From Candidatus Levybacteria bacterium RIFCSPHIGHO2_01_FULL_36_15 (GTDB lineage Bacteria > Patescibacteriota > Microgenomatia > Levybacterales > GWA1-39-11), in contig MFNJ01000048.1 of the NCBI GenBank assembly GCA_001782015.1, positions 1 through 62,004 on the forward strand: a DNA stretch of 62,004 nucleotides, written 5' to 3'. The notes beneath the pieces are model-generated. The model ran no database searches and was not told the origin of the DNA. It was given only the letters and a program-made list of their open reading frames with translations. This document shows positions 49,754 to 59,471 of the stretch, in pieces; position 1 is the first letter of the stretch; each line of letters begins with the position of its first letter. Both the position numbers and the translations under genes were made by a program.

Positions 49754-50353
49754 TTAAGCAAAATCTTTGAGGATCTGGAAATCTTTTTTTAACACTTCCT
49801 TACTTTTTGCCGTATAAATTGCAACGGCGGGATGAAAGAGAGGAATTATGCTTATTGTTGCATAAGAAGCATTTGCTTTCAACACTTTTCCGTGAAGAAC
49901 GCTGATTGATTCTGTTTTTTCCGGAAGGTCGAATTTTTCCAGGATATACCTCATAGAAAAACGTCCCAAAGTTACTAGTGTCTGTGGCTTAATAATCTCA
50001 ATTTGCCTGTCAAGAAATGGCGAGTAAAGTTCTATTTCAGAAGGCAACGGGTCCCTGTTTCCAGGAGGTCTGTCCTTAATGATATTTGTTATGTAAGCAC
50101 TGTTTCTTTCAACATTTATCGACTCGAATAGCTCGTCAAGAATCCGCCCGGCTGCGCCGCAAAAAGGACGACCTTTTTTTGCTTCATTTTCTCCGGGAGC
50201 CTCGCCTATAAACATTATTTTTGCGTAATGGTTTCCTTCACCTATCACTGGAAAGTATTTACTCTTAATCCTATACTCATAAAGCGGGGATTCTTTCAAG
50301 CCCAAAATCTCATCTTTAATTTTTTTCAGTTGTTCCGTATTATTTTTGCCCAT
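49754..50353 (-). CDS. uracil-DNA glycosylase, family 4
   Basis: GEAPG, GRPFCG, RPPGNRDP, LGRFS, FHPA. Confidence 0.92.
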   Translation of the reverse strand: MGKNNTEQLKKIKDEILGLKESPLYEYRIKSKYFPVIGEGNHYAKIMFIGEAPGENEAKKGRPFCGAAGRILDELFESINVERNSAYITNIIKDRPPGNRDPLPSEIELYSPFLDRQIEIIKPQTLVTLGRFSMRYILEKFDLPEKTESISVLHGKVLKANASYATISIIPLFHPAVAIYTAKSKEVLKKDFQILKDFA

Positions 50354-50385
50354 ATCTTCTTTATAACATTTTTTTAAATTTCATA

Positions 50386-52533
50386 TCAGGTTAATGTTTC
50401 TTTTACGCCTTTTCTTACCGATTGCCAATAATTATTCACAAGATCTTTCGCGTAAGGATCTCCTCCGTCCGGGATAAGCATCCAGTCAGGAAGCTGATGG
50501 CTTAAAACTTCTTTTTTTAGCGTTGGACTATCAACTCTTGTAGAAACATTTGGATAATTGGCAATATTGTGAACCCTGCTTACACCGCTGTTTTGTGAAC
50601 CAAAATAAGGATCATGTACCACAAGCTCTTGCACTTGACTTATTTCCGGGAATGTTATTTCAACTTTTTTACCTAACGAACCAATATACGCTCCCGCCAC
50701 TCCAAGAATTCCGCTTGTAAACTGGCTCCCTTGCTCTAGCATATTTGTATCAAAATCCGCTATGATGTTTTCTCTGTCCATCTGGTTTTGCATAAAATCA
50801 ATAACACTTTTTGTATATAAAGGATTTTGTCTAACTTTAACTTTAATTTTATCCGCTATCGCTCTTACCACTTGATTTTTCCTGAAGCTTCTTTCATCTT
50901 TTTTCCCTTCGGGATTTTTATCTTCCGCAAGCATATAGCGCATTGCCTGCATAACATCCATCTGCTGTCTGCCTCCATGTATTGAGCCTTCCGGATATTC
51001 CACCCCCCCAAGTCTAAATTTTTGCGTTTCATGACTTTTTGGGACATCCAACTCAATTGATTTATCAGCTAAACTATCTATTGCATCCATTACTACTGTA
51101 TCTTTTAAAACAATTTGAAAATCGGGACAAAGACCTGTTGCGTTCTCCACTGTTTTTCTCATGAGAGGAAATCCGCCAACTTTATAAACATGGCGCAAAA
51201 CCATCCATTTTCTTTCATTCTCAGGAAGAGTTTGTTCGAGTTCCGGAGCTCTAATGTCTCGGCTCAGGCTTATTGAACCTACTTGCTGTGATTTAAGATC
51301 ATAAGACATAACTAACATTGATCCTCCCATATCAGCATACGACTCCCCATGCTCCTCTCCAATTCCCAGCACCGCAAAATTTATCCTGTCCGCATTGAGT
51401 TCCTGATCAACCCGCTTACTAAACTCTGGATCATCTTTCATCCTTTCAGCCCGTTTTCTTTTTGCCTGGTCAATGAATGGCTTAAATAATTCATTAATAA
51501 GATTGACAGGTTTTTCAGGTAAAGCTGGAGTTAGATTTGTTTCTGTTTGTTTAACAACAATAGGGGCGGGCGCAGCATCCGAAAGAACTGGCGTAGGAGT
51601 TTTGGATACAGGTAAAACCGCAACCGGAGCAACAGTTTCATTGGGAAAAGCATGATCCTCCTGGGCTCCACTTGACCTTCCGGCAAGTTTTATTGCCGAG
51701 CCTAACGTTCCTACGCCTACGCCCGCAAATAATAACATGCGCAATAAATTTCTCCGGCTGGTTGTATGACGGGACTTTTCCTGACCCGGCAAAAGCACTA
51801 TTTCAGCGTTGCTCTTATCATAGGTTATCTGATCAGACCCGGAACTTTCCGGTTCCGCATGAGTTTGTAATTCTAGCTTAGCTTTCTTATCAATTATTTC
51901 AAGATCTTCTTCTCTTTTTGAAAGCGATTGAAGTATTGAAAAACGGTTCTGCTGTTCATCTTTTTTTAGCTCTTTGATTTTTTTGGAAAGTTTTGCGGCA
52001 CTTGGATTTCTTACTTTTCCATCAAAATTTATGTCCATAAGTTCACGTGTAGCCTGCCGAACATACTTTTCATCACGAATTCTATTTTGTTCATATCTTG
52101 CTTTGGCCGCAAGACTATTTAACAACCGCTTTACAGCTCTTCTTTGCAGAGTCGCTTGCCGCTTTTCCCCACCTGTAAATCTTTTTTTAATAGCATCATC
52201 TTTATATCTGCCTTTTTCATCTATTCCCCTGAATTCTTTTATTAAATTCAAAACCTCTTGATGAGAACCTGTAGTAAAATAAAGATCTTTATAAATATCT
52301 TGTGCTGCTCTTTTCCCTTTCGCACTTAGCTTAAGCTTTTGGGTGGACTGGCCTTTTGCAGTAACGCTTTCTGAAATATTAAAAAGCGAAACCGGACTCT
52401 CCAATGCTTCTATTTTTCCGGCTAATATCAGCATATGCTCATCTGAAGATTCATGAATACCTGTCTGGACCGTTTCAGCATGCTGATTTTGATCTTCTGA
52501 CACTGCTTTAGATCTATATATTTCTGTTCTCAT
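50386..52533 (-). CDS. divergent LCP (LytR-CpsA-Psr) family protein with a long cytoplasmic N-terminus
   Basis: RINFAVLG, SISLSRD, VENATGL and RSFRKNQV after an internal TM. Confidence 0.65.
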   Translation of the reverse strand: MRTEIYRSKAVSEDQNQHAETVQTGIHESSDEHMLILAGKIEALESPVSLFNISESVTAKGQSTQKLKLSAKGKRAAQDIYKDLYFTTGSHQEVLNLIKEFRGIDEKGRYKDDAIKKRFTGGEKRQATLQRRAVKRLLNSLAAKARYEQNRIRDEKYVRQATRELMDINFDGKVRNPSAAKLSKKIKELKKDEQQNRFSILQSLSKREEDLEIIDKKAKLELQTHAEPESSGSDQITYDKSNAEIVLLPGQEKSRHTTSRRNLLRMLLFAGVGVGTLGSAIKLAGRSSGAQEDHAFPNETVAPVAVLPVSKTPTPVLSDAAPAPIVVKQTETNLTPALPEKPVNLINELFKPFIDQAKRKRAERMKDDPEFSKRVDQELNADRINFAVLGIGEEHGESYADMGGSMLVMSYDLKSQQVGSISLSRDIRAPELEQTLPENERKWMVLRHVYKVGGFPLMRKTVENATGLCPDFQIVLKDTVVMDAIDSLADKSIELDVPKSHETQKFRLGGVEYPEGSIHGGRQQMDVMQAMRYMLAEDKNPEGKKDERSFRKNQVVRAIADKIKVKVRQNPLYTKSVIDFMQNQMDRENIIADFDTNMLEQGSQFTSGILGVAGAYIGSLGKKVEITFPEISQVQELVVHDPYFGSQNSGVSRVHNIANYPNVSTRVDSPTLKKEVLSHQLPDWMLIPDGGDPYAKDLVNNYWQSVRKGVKETLT

Positions 52534-52650
52534 CTTTATGAAAATATAATTTAGCAGATGATTTTATCTTAAAATTAGTATAAAAATCAAATTTAAATTT
52601 ATAATATTAAAGCAGAGTAGAGGAAAAAGTAATAAATGTGAGAAGAAAAA

Positions 52651-53307
52651 TCAATATTCAACTTTATCCAAAGTGCTTTTTAGAACTCCTTTGGTTTCTT
52701 TTATAAAGAAGTCGATTCCGTCTGATTCAAGTTTTATATATGAACCGTTTTTTACGGAAGTCGGCTGAATTTGAGCATAAGTCCCATATCCTAAATGTAC
52801 CAGCAAAGCTCTCATTACTCCTCCATGCGTAACTACAAGCACAGTTTTGTTTTGATACGCAACGGCAGTTTCCCGCAAAAAAGTTATAAATCTTCCCATT
52901 ATTTCTTCGTCACTTTCCACCTCCGGAAACTTGTAGGATTTTTTTCTGTTATCAGGAAGCGCCTCAAATTCTTTCAGTAAGTCTTTAAGCTCATCAGCAA
53001 AAACGCTGTATTTTTTTCCTTCAAATTTTCCAAACGCCCTTTCTCTTAGAAGCTTGGTTGTTGTGACAGCAAGGTTTTTCTCCATAGTAATAATTTCCGC
53101 GGTTTTAACAGCCCTTATGGAATCGGAGGAAAATACCGCGTCAAAATGGATATTTTTCAGTTTTTCCCCCAAAAATTTAGCCTGATTTGCGCCTTTTTCA
53201 GTCAAAGTGGAATCAGAGTGTCCCTGCAGTAAACCTTCTACATTCCACTCCGTTTCCCCATGGCGCACGATATAAAAAGTACAGTACAACGCAGAAATAT
53301 TTTTCAT
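52651..53307 (-). CDS. histidine phosphatase (phosphoglycerate mutase family)
   Basis: RHGETEWN, SSD..RA, LRERAFG, VTHGG. Confidence 0.92.
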   Translation of the reverse strand: MKNISALYCTFYIVRHGETEWNVEGLLQGHSDSTLTEKGANQAKFLGEKLKNIHFDAVFSSDSIRAVKTAEIITMEKNLAVTTTKLLRERAFGKFEGKKYSVFADELKDLLKEFEALPDNRKKSYKFPEVESDEEIMGRFITFLRETAVAYQNKTVLVVTHGGVMRALLVHLGYGTYAQIQPTSVKNGSYIKLESDGIDFFIKETKGVLKSTLDKVEY

Positions 53308-53319
53308 ACAGTAATTATC

Positions 53320-53412
53320 TCAAATAATGTCGCATTTTCGTCCCAAAACAATACTGAATGTTTCACTATTTATAAGTACTCCGTCAGCATCAAAAATAAT
53401 GGCTTTAAGCAT
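53320..53412 (-). pseudogene. truncated HAD-family hydrolase N-terminus
   Basis: MLKAIIFDADGVLINSE carries HAD motif I (DxDGVL) and stops after 30 codons. Confidence 0.6.
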
Positions 53413-53472
53413 AAAGAAATTATATCAGATTATCTTGAATTTGATTACAGTGTTTATCTACAGGAAAAGTAT

Positions 53473-53646
53473 TTATGCCAGATTTTCTGGGGGAACAACA
53501 GGAGTTTCCACGCTTACCCACACATCATCTTCCAGACACCAGTAAACCACTCTTCTATATTCCTTATAGTCTTTACCCATTCTCAGATTACTGGTAATAT
53601 CATTTCTTTGCATTTTCATTTCTTTATTACACAAAGGACACACCAT
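53473..53646 (-). CDS. 57-aa CxxC small protein
   Basis: MVCPLCNKEM...VYWCLEDDVWVSVETP; TGATATAAT lies 6 nt before the ATG. Not in the ORF track. Confidence 0.7.
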   Translation of the reverse strand: MVCPLCNKEMKMQRNDITSNLRMGKDYKEYRRVVYWCLEDDVWVSVETPVVPPENLA

Positions 53647-53720
53647 GAAAATATTATATCATTTGCTGAAAGCGCTAAAAAAGAGCAGAATCCAATATTC
53701 TAGATATCAAATAGCTTAAT

Positions 53721-54014
53721 CTATTTATGTTTGTACTGTTTTCTGGAGTTTTTAAGATCAATAGACCTTTTTTTATTGGAAGCTTTGAATGCGGCTTTCC
53801 TGTTTTCTTTATCCAATTCAAAAGCTTCTTTTTTCTTTTTCTGCGCCGCGAGTTCTTTTTCAACAATTTTCTGGCATTCCGGATCAGGGCAGACGGTCTG
53901 GGTATAAGTAATGACTGATGTCCCCATAAAATTAGTCACTTTCTCATTCCAGGTTTTTGCCTTTATTCTTTCCTTACCACAACGGTAACAGGGATTAGAA
54001 ATTTTAGTAGCCAT
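53721..54014 (-). CDS. small basic zinc-binding protein
   Basis: CYRC ... CPDPEC; follows the RRM gene on the same strand. Confidence 0.75.
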   Translation of the reverse strand: MATKISNPCYRCGKERIKAKTWNEKVTNFMGTSVITYTQTVCPDPECQKIVEKELAAQKKKKEAFELDKENRKAAFKASNKKRSIDLKNSRKQYKHK

Positions 54015-54024
54015 ATTAAATCAC

Positions 54025-54369
54025 TTACCAACGTTTTGAGCGCTTATTGTCTCTGCCTTCTCTACGTGCGCCTCTATCGTTATTTCTATTTGAAGAAAAT
54101 CCTCCGCCTCCGGGTCTTGCTTCCTGCGGACGGGCTTCTCTTACGATTATTGTTCTGCTGTCAAGCATTGTATTATCCAGCTCTTTTATTGCCTTTTGCG
54201 CTTCTTCATCCGTGCTCATTTCTACAAATCCAAAACCTCTGCTTCTTCCAGAAAATTTATCAACAATTACTTTTGCGGATAGAACTTTACCAGCTTTAGA
54301 AAAATAGTCTCCAAGAGTAGAATCGGTTGAACTGTATGAAAGTCCTGCTACAAATAATTTATTTGCCAT
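54025..54369 (-). CDS. RRM RNA-binding protein
   Basis: RNP2 LFVAGL, RNP1 RGFGFVEM and a Gly/Arg-rich tail. Confidence 0.95.
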   Translation of the reverse strand: MANKLFVAGLSYSSTDSTLGDYFSKAGKVLSAKVIVDKFSGRSRGFGFVEMSTDEEAQKAIKELDNTMLDSRTIIVREARPQEARPGGGGFSSNRNNDRGARREGRDNKRSKRW

Positions 54370-54578
54370 CTATCTTTCCTCCTTTCTTTAATAATTTCTT
54401 GAGGAAATGCAACTGCTTAAATAAGAAGAGTACGAGTAGAAACAAAGATACAAGGTAGAAATACAATAATAGGATATCTTTATCTTTAGTTTACCAAAAC
54501 TTTATCAAAATTAAGCAGATATATTGCCTCAAAATCTGCAACAATACACATTATAGCATAAAACTTAAAGATAGGCAA
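54370..54578 (-). promoter_or_regulatory. promoter and conserved structured 5' leader of RRM gene, copy 1
   Basis: TTGCCT-17-TATAAT; ordered blocks shared with 60937-61150. Confidence 0.65.
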
Positions 54579-54600
54579 GAGAATCTTGGTACCCCAAATC

Positions 54601-54813
54601 TATCGCAACTTATTCAGTGATGATGTAGTTTTGTAAGACCAATAGTAAGATGCGGTAATAGAGGACAAGTTCTTTTTCAATTAGAACTGTTCCTGTCATA
54701 TATGAAAGACTTCAGCCTGAGCAATTTTTTGGCTAAAAATTGCTGGTTTGAAGAAGTATTAGTCCTATTAACGTAGAAACTTGACCATTATCACTTACTG
54801 AAGTTAAGGCGTA
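54601..54813 (+). ncRNA. structured ncRNA candidate of ~210 nt
   Basis: Nested complementary segments across the whole interval; G-U pairs favour the + strand. Confidence 0.5.
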
Positions 54814-56031
54814 TTATTGATTATCCTGGCTGCATGGTTTAGATGGGGGAGTTTTACCGTGGGAACTATATATTCTAACAGTTGCCTCTTCAAGACAACC
54901 TTGCCTGAGTAAAATTTTATTAAACGTAATTGATATCCTTTTTGAAGGAGCATCAAAAGAGGCAGTAAAAAGATTAGACGCATTAGAAGCAACAATCCAG
55001 ACAAATAATATTAATACGAATAAATGAGTAAGCTTATATTTCTCCATTACATAGTTTGTTACTATTACGGCCTGAAAAAAGAAAAATGCGGCATACATAA
55101 TTACGTGAAAACTGGAACGGTTCAGAAGAATTACGGCAAACCATGCCGGGATACTGAAAAGCTGAAGATATAAAAACTTTCTGATTCTAAACGACAGCAG
55201 AAATGTTCCTATTAGCCACAGAGCAAAAGGCAGACTGGTATACTCAACAAGTGCCCAAAAAAAAGTAAGTGCATCTTTTGAGACACCTTCACTGACCCGC
55301 GAAAAGTAAAAAAATAAACCCCTGTTTAAATAATGCTGCTGAAAGCCAAACTTATACGTAAGAAATGGCAAAGCCATCCAGGCCAAAAAATATACGCTAA
55401 GAAAAAAAAATATTGCGATACTTAGGAAACGTATTTTTTTGTTTTTTAGCACGCGGTTTTTAATAAAAACGCAAATTATTCCAGGCAGAGCCACAGCCGC
55501 ATCAAGCATAGTCAATATTGCCGCTACCCAGACAACAAGAGCGTAAAAAAGATTTCGGACATTAAAGTTTTTCATATTTTGCCAAAGAAAATATGCTGTA
55601 AACAAAAACAAAAAGCGCATCTGAGAATCCGCTCCGCCATTGCGGTCATTAATAAGAAGCGCGGATAAAGAAAACGAAAGCATTGAGATAATAACAAGAC
55701 GTGAGTCAATTTTTTCTCTGTTAAATATCCATACAAGTAGCCAGAAGGTTAGGAAGCTGAAAATAATACCTGGAAGCCTCAACAAAACCGGATCAGGACC
55801 GAAAAAATGAAGCAGTGTACCGGAAAATACCGCCCTGAAAGGTTCTATATAAAATAAAAAGGGGTACGCTAATAAACGCAAGTCTTTGAGCTTAATTGCG
55901 TCCCACATGCGGTCAATAGAAAGCATGGCGGAAGCCTCATCTCCTATAAATACCTGGTTTGAAAGCCCGTAAAAGTGAAGAAAAACAAAAACAATAAAAA
56001 TTAAAACCAGACAAACATTCCGCCACTTCAT
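54814..56031 (-). CDS. polytopic membrane protein, GT-C-like
   Basis: FIGDE in the first loop, LRLPG and many TM helices. Confidence 0.6.
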   Translation of the reverse strand: MKWRNVCLVLIFIVFVFLHFYGLSNQVFIGDEASAMLSIDRMWDAIKLKDLRLLAYPFLFYIEPFRAVFSGTLLHFFGPDPVLLRLPGIIFSFLTFWLLVWIFNREKIDSRLVIISMLSFSLSALLINDRNGGADSQMRFLFLFTAYFLWQNMKNFNVRNLFYALVVWVAAILTMLDAAVALPGIICVFIKNRVLKNKKIRFLSIAIFFFLSVYFLAWMALPFLTYKFGFQQHYLNRGLFFYFSRVSEGVSKDALTFFWALVEYTSLPFALWLIGTFLLSFRIRKFLYLQLFSIPAWFAVILLNRSSFHVIMYAAFFFFQAVIVTNYVMEKYKLTHLFVLILFVWIVASNASNLFTASFDAPSKRISITFNKILLRQGCLEEATVRIYSSHGKTPPSKPCSQDNQ

Positions 56032-56217
56032 AATAGTTGTAGTATATCCATAATTATTGCAAAAGTCTAAGTTACTTTTTTAAAAATGATGTATACCCTT
56101 CTTACTTGATTTTGCAACTTTTTCGAAATAAAATGTTGCTAAATCAGTCTAGAAGGAGTTATACCCGTAGCATTTTTAAATGCGAGTGGTATAAAATATA
56201 TTACTGTTTAAAAAATT

Positions 56218-56871
56218 ATGAAAAAAATATTTTTGTTTCTCATATCTCTTGTTGCCGGAATTATATTTATAGCAATTTATGCTAAACTAGCTGATCAAAA
56301 AAGCAGCCAAAATATAATATCTCCTGCGTCTGATACCAGTAGGTTTTCTTTGGAAAGCGCTCCCGGCAGGTCTTTGCGCGGAAAGATTTTATCTTTTTCC
56401 GGCAGCGTGGACTGGCAATCAAGAAGCGCAACCATGCCTGCAACGCTTGCTAAAGTCATCCCTATCCAGCAGGGCGAAAAAATAATTACAAAAAATGGAA
56501 AAATCAAAATACAGTTTGAACATGAATTAACATTAAATATTCTGCCTGATACGCAGGTAGAATTTATTCAAACACTCCCGGAAAATATTGTTATAGCCCA
56601 GAGTAAGGGAACGGCTGACTATTCAAAAACCGGTACGGCTTCTGTTTCCGTTCGGACTATCCATCTTCTGACAGAAGTTAACGGAAACGCTGTTGTTTCC
56701 CTGGACAAGAACACACCAGTCGTTACTGTTGACGTTTACAAAGGTTTGGTAAAAGAAGCCTTTAACGACTTAGAGTACGCAAGCACAGTAATAACAATCA
56801 GTGAAGGAAAACAATTTATTTTTAACGATGAAACCCGAGAAAGTACAATTAAACTCAGTATTAATAAGTAA
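56218..56871 (+). CDS. FecR-like domain exported protein
   Basis: N-terminal TM, IQQGEKIITK, VDVYKGLV. Confidence 0.6.
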   Translation: MKKIFLFLISLVAGIIFIAIYAKLADQKSSQNIISPASDTSRFSLESAPGRSLRGKILSFSGSVDWQSRSATMPATLAKVIPIQQGEKIITKNGKIKIQFEHELTLNILPDTQVEFIQTLPENIVIAQSKGTADYSKTGTASVSVRTIHLLTEVNGNAVVSLDKNTPVVTVDVYKGLVKEAFNDLEYASTVITISEGKQFIFNDETRESTIKLSINK

Positions 56872-56875
56872 AACA

Positions 56876-58048
56876 CTACTTGTTGTAATCCGCGATCCCT
56901 TCAAGTATTGTTGCGCCCTCATATCCCAGCGCCCACAGAGCTATTCCGCCTATATGATTATTTTCCGCAAAACTTATTTTCGCAAGAGAAGATTTTTTGT
57001 CAGGATAAAAAATTTGATGGTATGTATTTGTCTTTTCATCCTTATAAACAATGTATGTCTCCTGCGCCTCTTCATCAAATCCGCCGCTGCAAGTGGCACA
57101 TGAAGCAAGCAACTGTTCTACTCTTAAATTGCTTGCTATCAAACCCGTACCCGGAATAATGCCTGAACGGGGAGAGTTGTTAATTGATTCCCATTCATAA
57201 CCATACAACGGCATGCCTAAAATTATTTTCTCTTTAGGCATTATTCTTTGCGCTTTTTCAATCGCCGTTTGAATATCAAATTCCGCTGTGCTTCCGGCAC
57301 CGTACAAGGGGGCAACCGGCCCGGTAACATAAGATCCTGTATAGTGATAGTCATAACCCATCAGTAACATACGGTCAACAAAACCCGCTACTTCTTTGGG
57401 GTTGACAAGATTTTTCTTCACAAAATCTATTGGGCTTATATCTATTGTAAGTGTTCCGGCCTGTTGTGACTGCAAACCCTTTTTTACTTCTTTTACAAAA
57501 AGAACAAACCTCGTTCTTGCCTCATCCGATGCTTCGCTTGTGCTCTCAATGTCAAGATTAAGATCGGTAAATCCGTATTCTTTCATAATCGGAACTGTTT
57601 CCCTGATTAAATTTTGTGCGTGAGGTAGGGGATTACTGATTAAATTATTGATCGACTCCTGATTACCGTTAAAAACAACAAGAGAAAGTTCTACATTTTT
57701 TTCTTTGGAACTTTTGAAAAATTTGTCCAGTTTGCCTGATCTTAACGCATACCATCCGGGTTCTTCTTCAATAGGGCTTGTAAGCTTAAGGATTTTACCG
57801 TCATCATCAAGCGTAAGGCTGAAATAGGAAAGCATAGTGATATATTTTGAATAGTCGGTTTTTGCTTTGCTGGCAAGCCAGTAAGGTAAAAAGCCAATGA
57901 CCTGTTTGCGGGGACGTTCAAAATTTTCAAGAAGAGAAAAGGGTTTTTCATTCCGCAGAGAGAAAAGCGGAGTATAAAAGATAATAAAGTATCCGATCAG
58001 GATTCCTGTTATAATCCCTCCTGTTAGAATAACAGATTTTAAAAACAT
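56876..58048 (-). CDS. glycoside hydrolase family 18
   Basis: LNLDIE, MGYDY, GPVAP, LGMPLYGYEW, WALG. Confidence 0.88.
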   Translation of the reverse strand: MFLKSVILTGGIITGILIGYFIIFYTPLFSLRNEKPFSLLENFERPRKQVIGFLPYWLASKAKTDYSKYITMLSYFSLTLDDDGKILKLTSPIEEEPGWYALRSGKLDKFFKSSKEKNVELSLVVFNGNQESINNLISNPLPHAQNLIRETVPIMKEYGFTDLNLDIESTSEASDEARTRFVLFVKEVKKGLQSQQAGTLTIDISPIDFVKKNLVNPKEVAGFVDRMLLMGYDYHYTGSYVTGPVAPLYGAGSTAEFDIQTAIEKAQRIMPKEKIILGMPLYGYEWESINNSPRSGIIPGTGLIASNLRVEQLLASCATCSGGFDEEAQETYIVYKDEKTNTYHQIFYPDKKSSLAKISFAENNHIGGIALWALGYEGATILEGIADYNK

Positions 58049-58166
58049 ACCTTATTTTACCATGAAATCATCTATACCCTAAATTTAATCGGAGCCAAAG
58101 GTATAAATCCTGTAGTATTTAACGGGAGATTATTGAGTACAGAAAAAACCTTCCTGATTTTGGAAT

Positions 58167-59318
58167 TTAAACTTTTATTTTCCTGATCAAAAAGATAGAA
58201 AAAATACCCGTTATTCCGCAAATAACAAATCCTGCGGCCAGCCCAAATGCCTGAGAAAGTATTCCGATAAAAATCGGGCCAATCATGTCCCCGAATTCCT
58301 TAAAAGATCCGGCAGCCCCCATTGTGGCCCCAAGTTTCCCTTCTTCCGCAAGCTTACTGACCAACATATCCGTATTTGTCCAGACAATACCTACCCCAAT
58401 TCCGGAAATAATGGCAATTAAAACTAAAGGCACGTCTTTTACAAAAGGTGTAAGAATAATACTAACAGCAGATAAAACAAGGCCAATTCTAATTGTAGAT
58501 ACAACATTTATTCTATCCGCAAAAAAACCTGCCACAGGCTGTATAAGAAGATATGACAGCGCCACAAGCGAAAGCAGTATTCCCGTTTCAAGCGCCCCAT
58601 AATTTAACGCGTAAACTCTTACCGGCAAAAACCCAAAAAGAATACTTACAAAAAACATATTCACTATGATAACCGCGTACCATCTCAAAAGTTTTGGGTT
58701 ATGAAACACCGACACAAATGATTTTAAAGAAAAATCATCATCTAACTTTGTTCTTTCTTTCTGCTTATCAGAGGGCAAAAATAAAGACAAAATAAAAGCA
58801 GCAATTCCTACTACGGAAGCAACAATAAATATATAAGAAAAATTACTTTTTAAAATAATCAATCCTCCTATAACAGGGCTTAAAACGTATCCCGCTCCTT
58901 TTATGGCATTATAAATTCCATACGCTCTTCCTCTTTCTGCCCGGTAGTATGTTCCAATTAAGGCAAGAGAGACCGCTGATAGTGCTGCGGCACCAATCCC
59001 CTGAAGAAATCGGACAACAAGCATCAGTTGCGGCGGAACAATCAAATATATTAAAGATGCTAAAATAAATATTCCAATTCCCAAAAGCATTGTACGCTTC
59101 ATTCCCTGGCGGTCAGAAACTGCGCCAAAAACAGGTTTTGCTATAATCTCGGCAAAGTCATAAACCGCAATCAAAAATCCAATCATTGCCAGACCAACGC
59201 CTACCTGCTTAGCATATACGGGCAAATTTACCGCAACAATATGAGAGCCAAAAGAAGTTACAAATCCAACAAAACCTAAGATAAAAGCAAATATAAGCGA
59301 AACAGATTTTCCGGACAT
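58167..59318 (-). CDS. MFS transporter
   Basis: 12 TM helices, GAVSDRQG motif A, RFLQG. Confidence 0.92.
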   Translation of the reverse strand: MSGKSVSLIFAFILGFVGFVTSFGSHIVAVNLPVYAKQVGVGLAMIGFLIAVYDFAEIIAKPVFGAVSDRQGMKRTMLLGIGIFILASLIYLIVPPQLMLVVRFLQGIGAAALSAVSLALIGTYYRAERGRAYGIYNAIKGAGYVLSPVIGGLIILKSNFSYIFIVASVVGIAAFILSLFLPSDKQKERTKLDDDFSLKSFVSVFHNPKLLRWYAVIIVNMFFVSILFGFLPVRVYALNYGALETGILLSLVALSYLLIQPVAGFFADRINVVSTIRIGLVLSAVSIILTPFVKDVPLVLIAIISGIGVGIVWTNTDMLVSKLAEEGKLGATMGAAGSFKEFGDMIGPIFIGILSQAFGLAAGFVICGITGIFSIFLIRKIKV

Positions 59319-59471
59319 AACTGGATTATAACAAACATAAAGTTAGAACAGTAGAATGATTAAGCTCAGTTTATGAATTCTGTTTGGGTAAAAGACACAA
59401 CATCTCTTATTAAAGTATTGTTTTTAGAAATTAAAGTACTTGGACTGACAAGTCAATCCACATATTCATGT

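Noticed and set aside
54655..54795. RNase P RNA or hammerhead ribozyme identity for the structured RNA
   Set aside because: GAGGACAAGTTC only loosely resembles GAGGAAAGUCC with no convincing P4 partner, and the hammerhead CUGAUGA core is absent.
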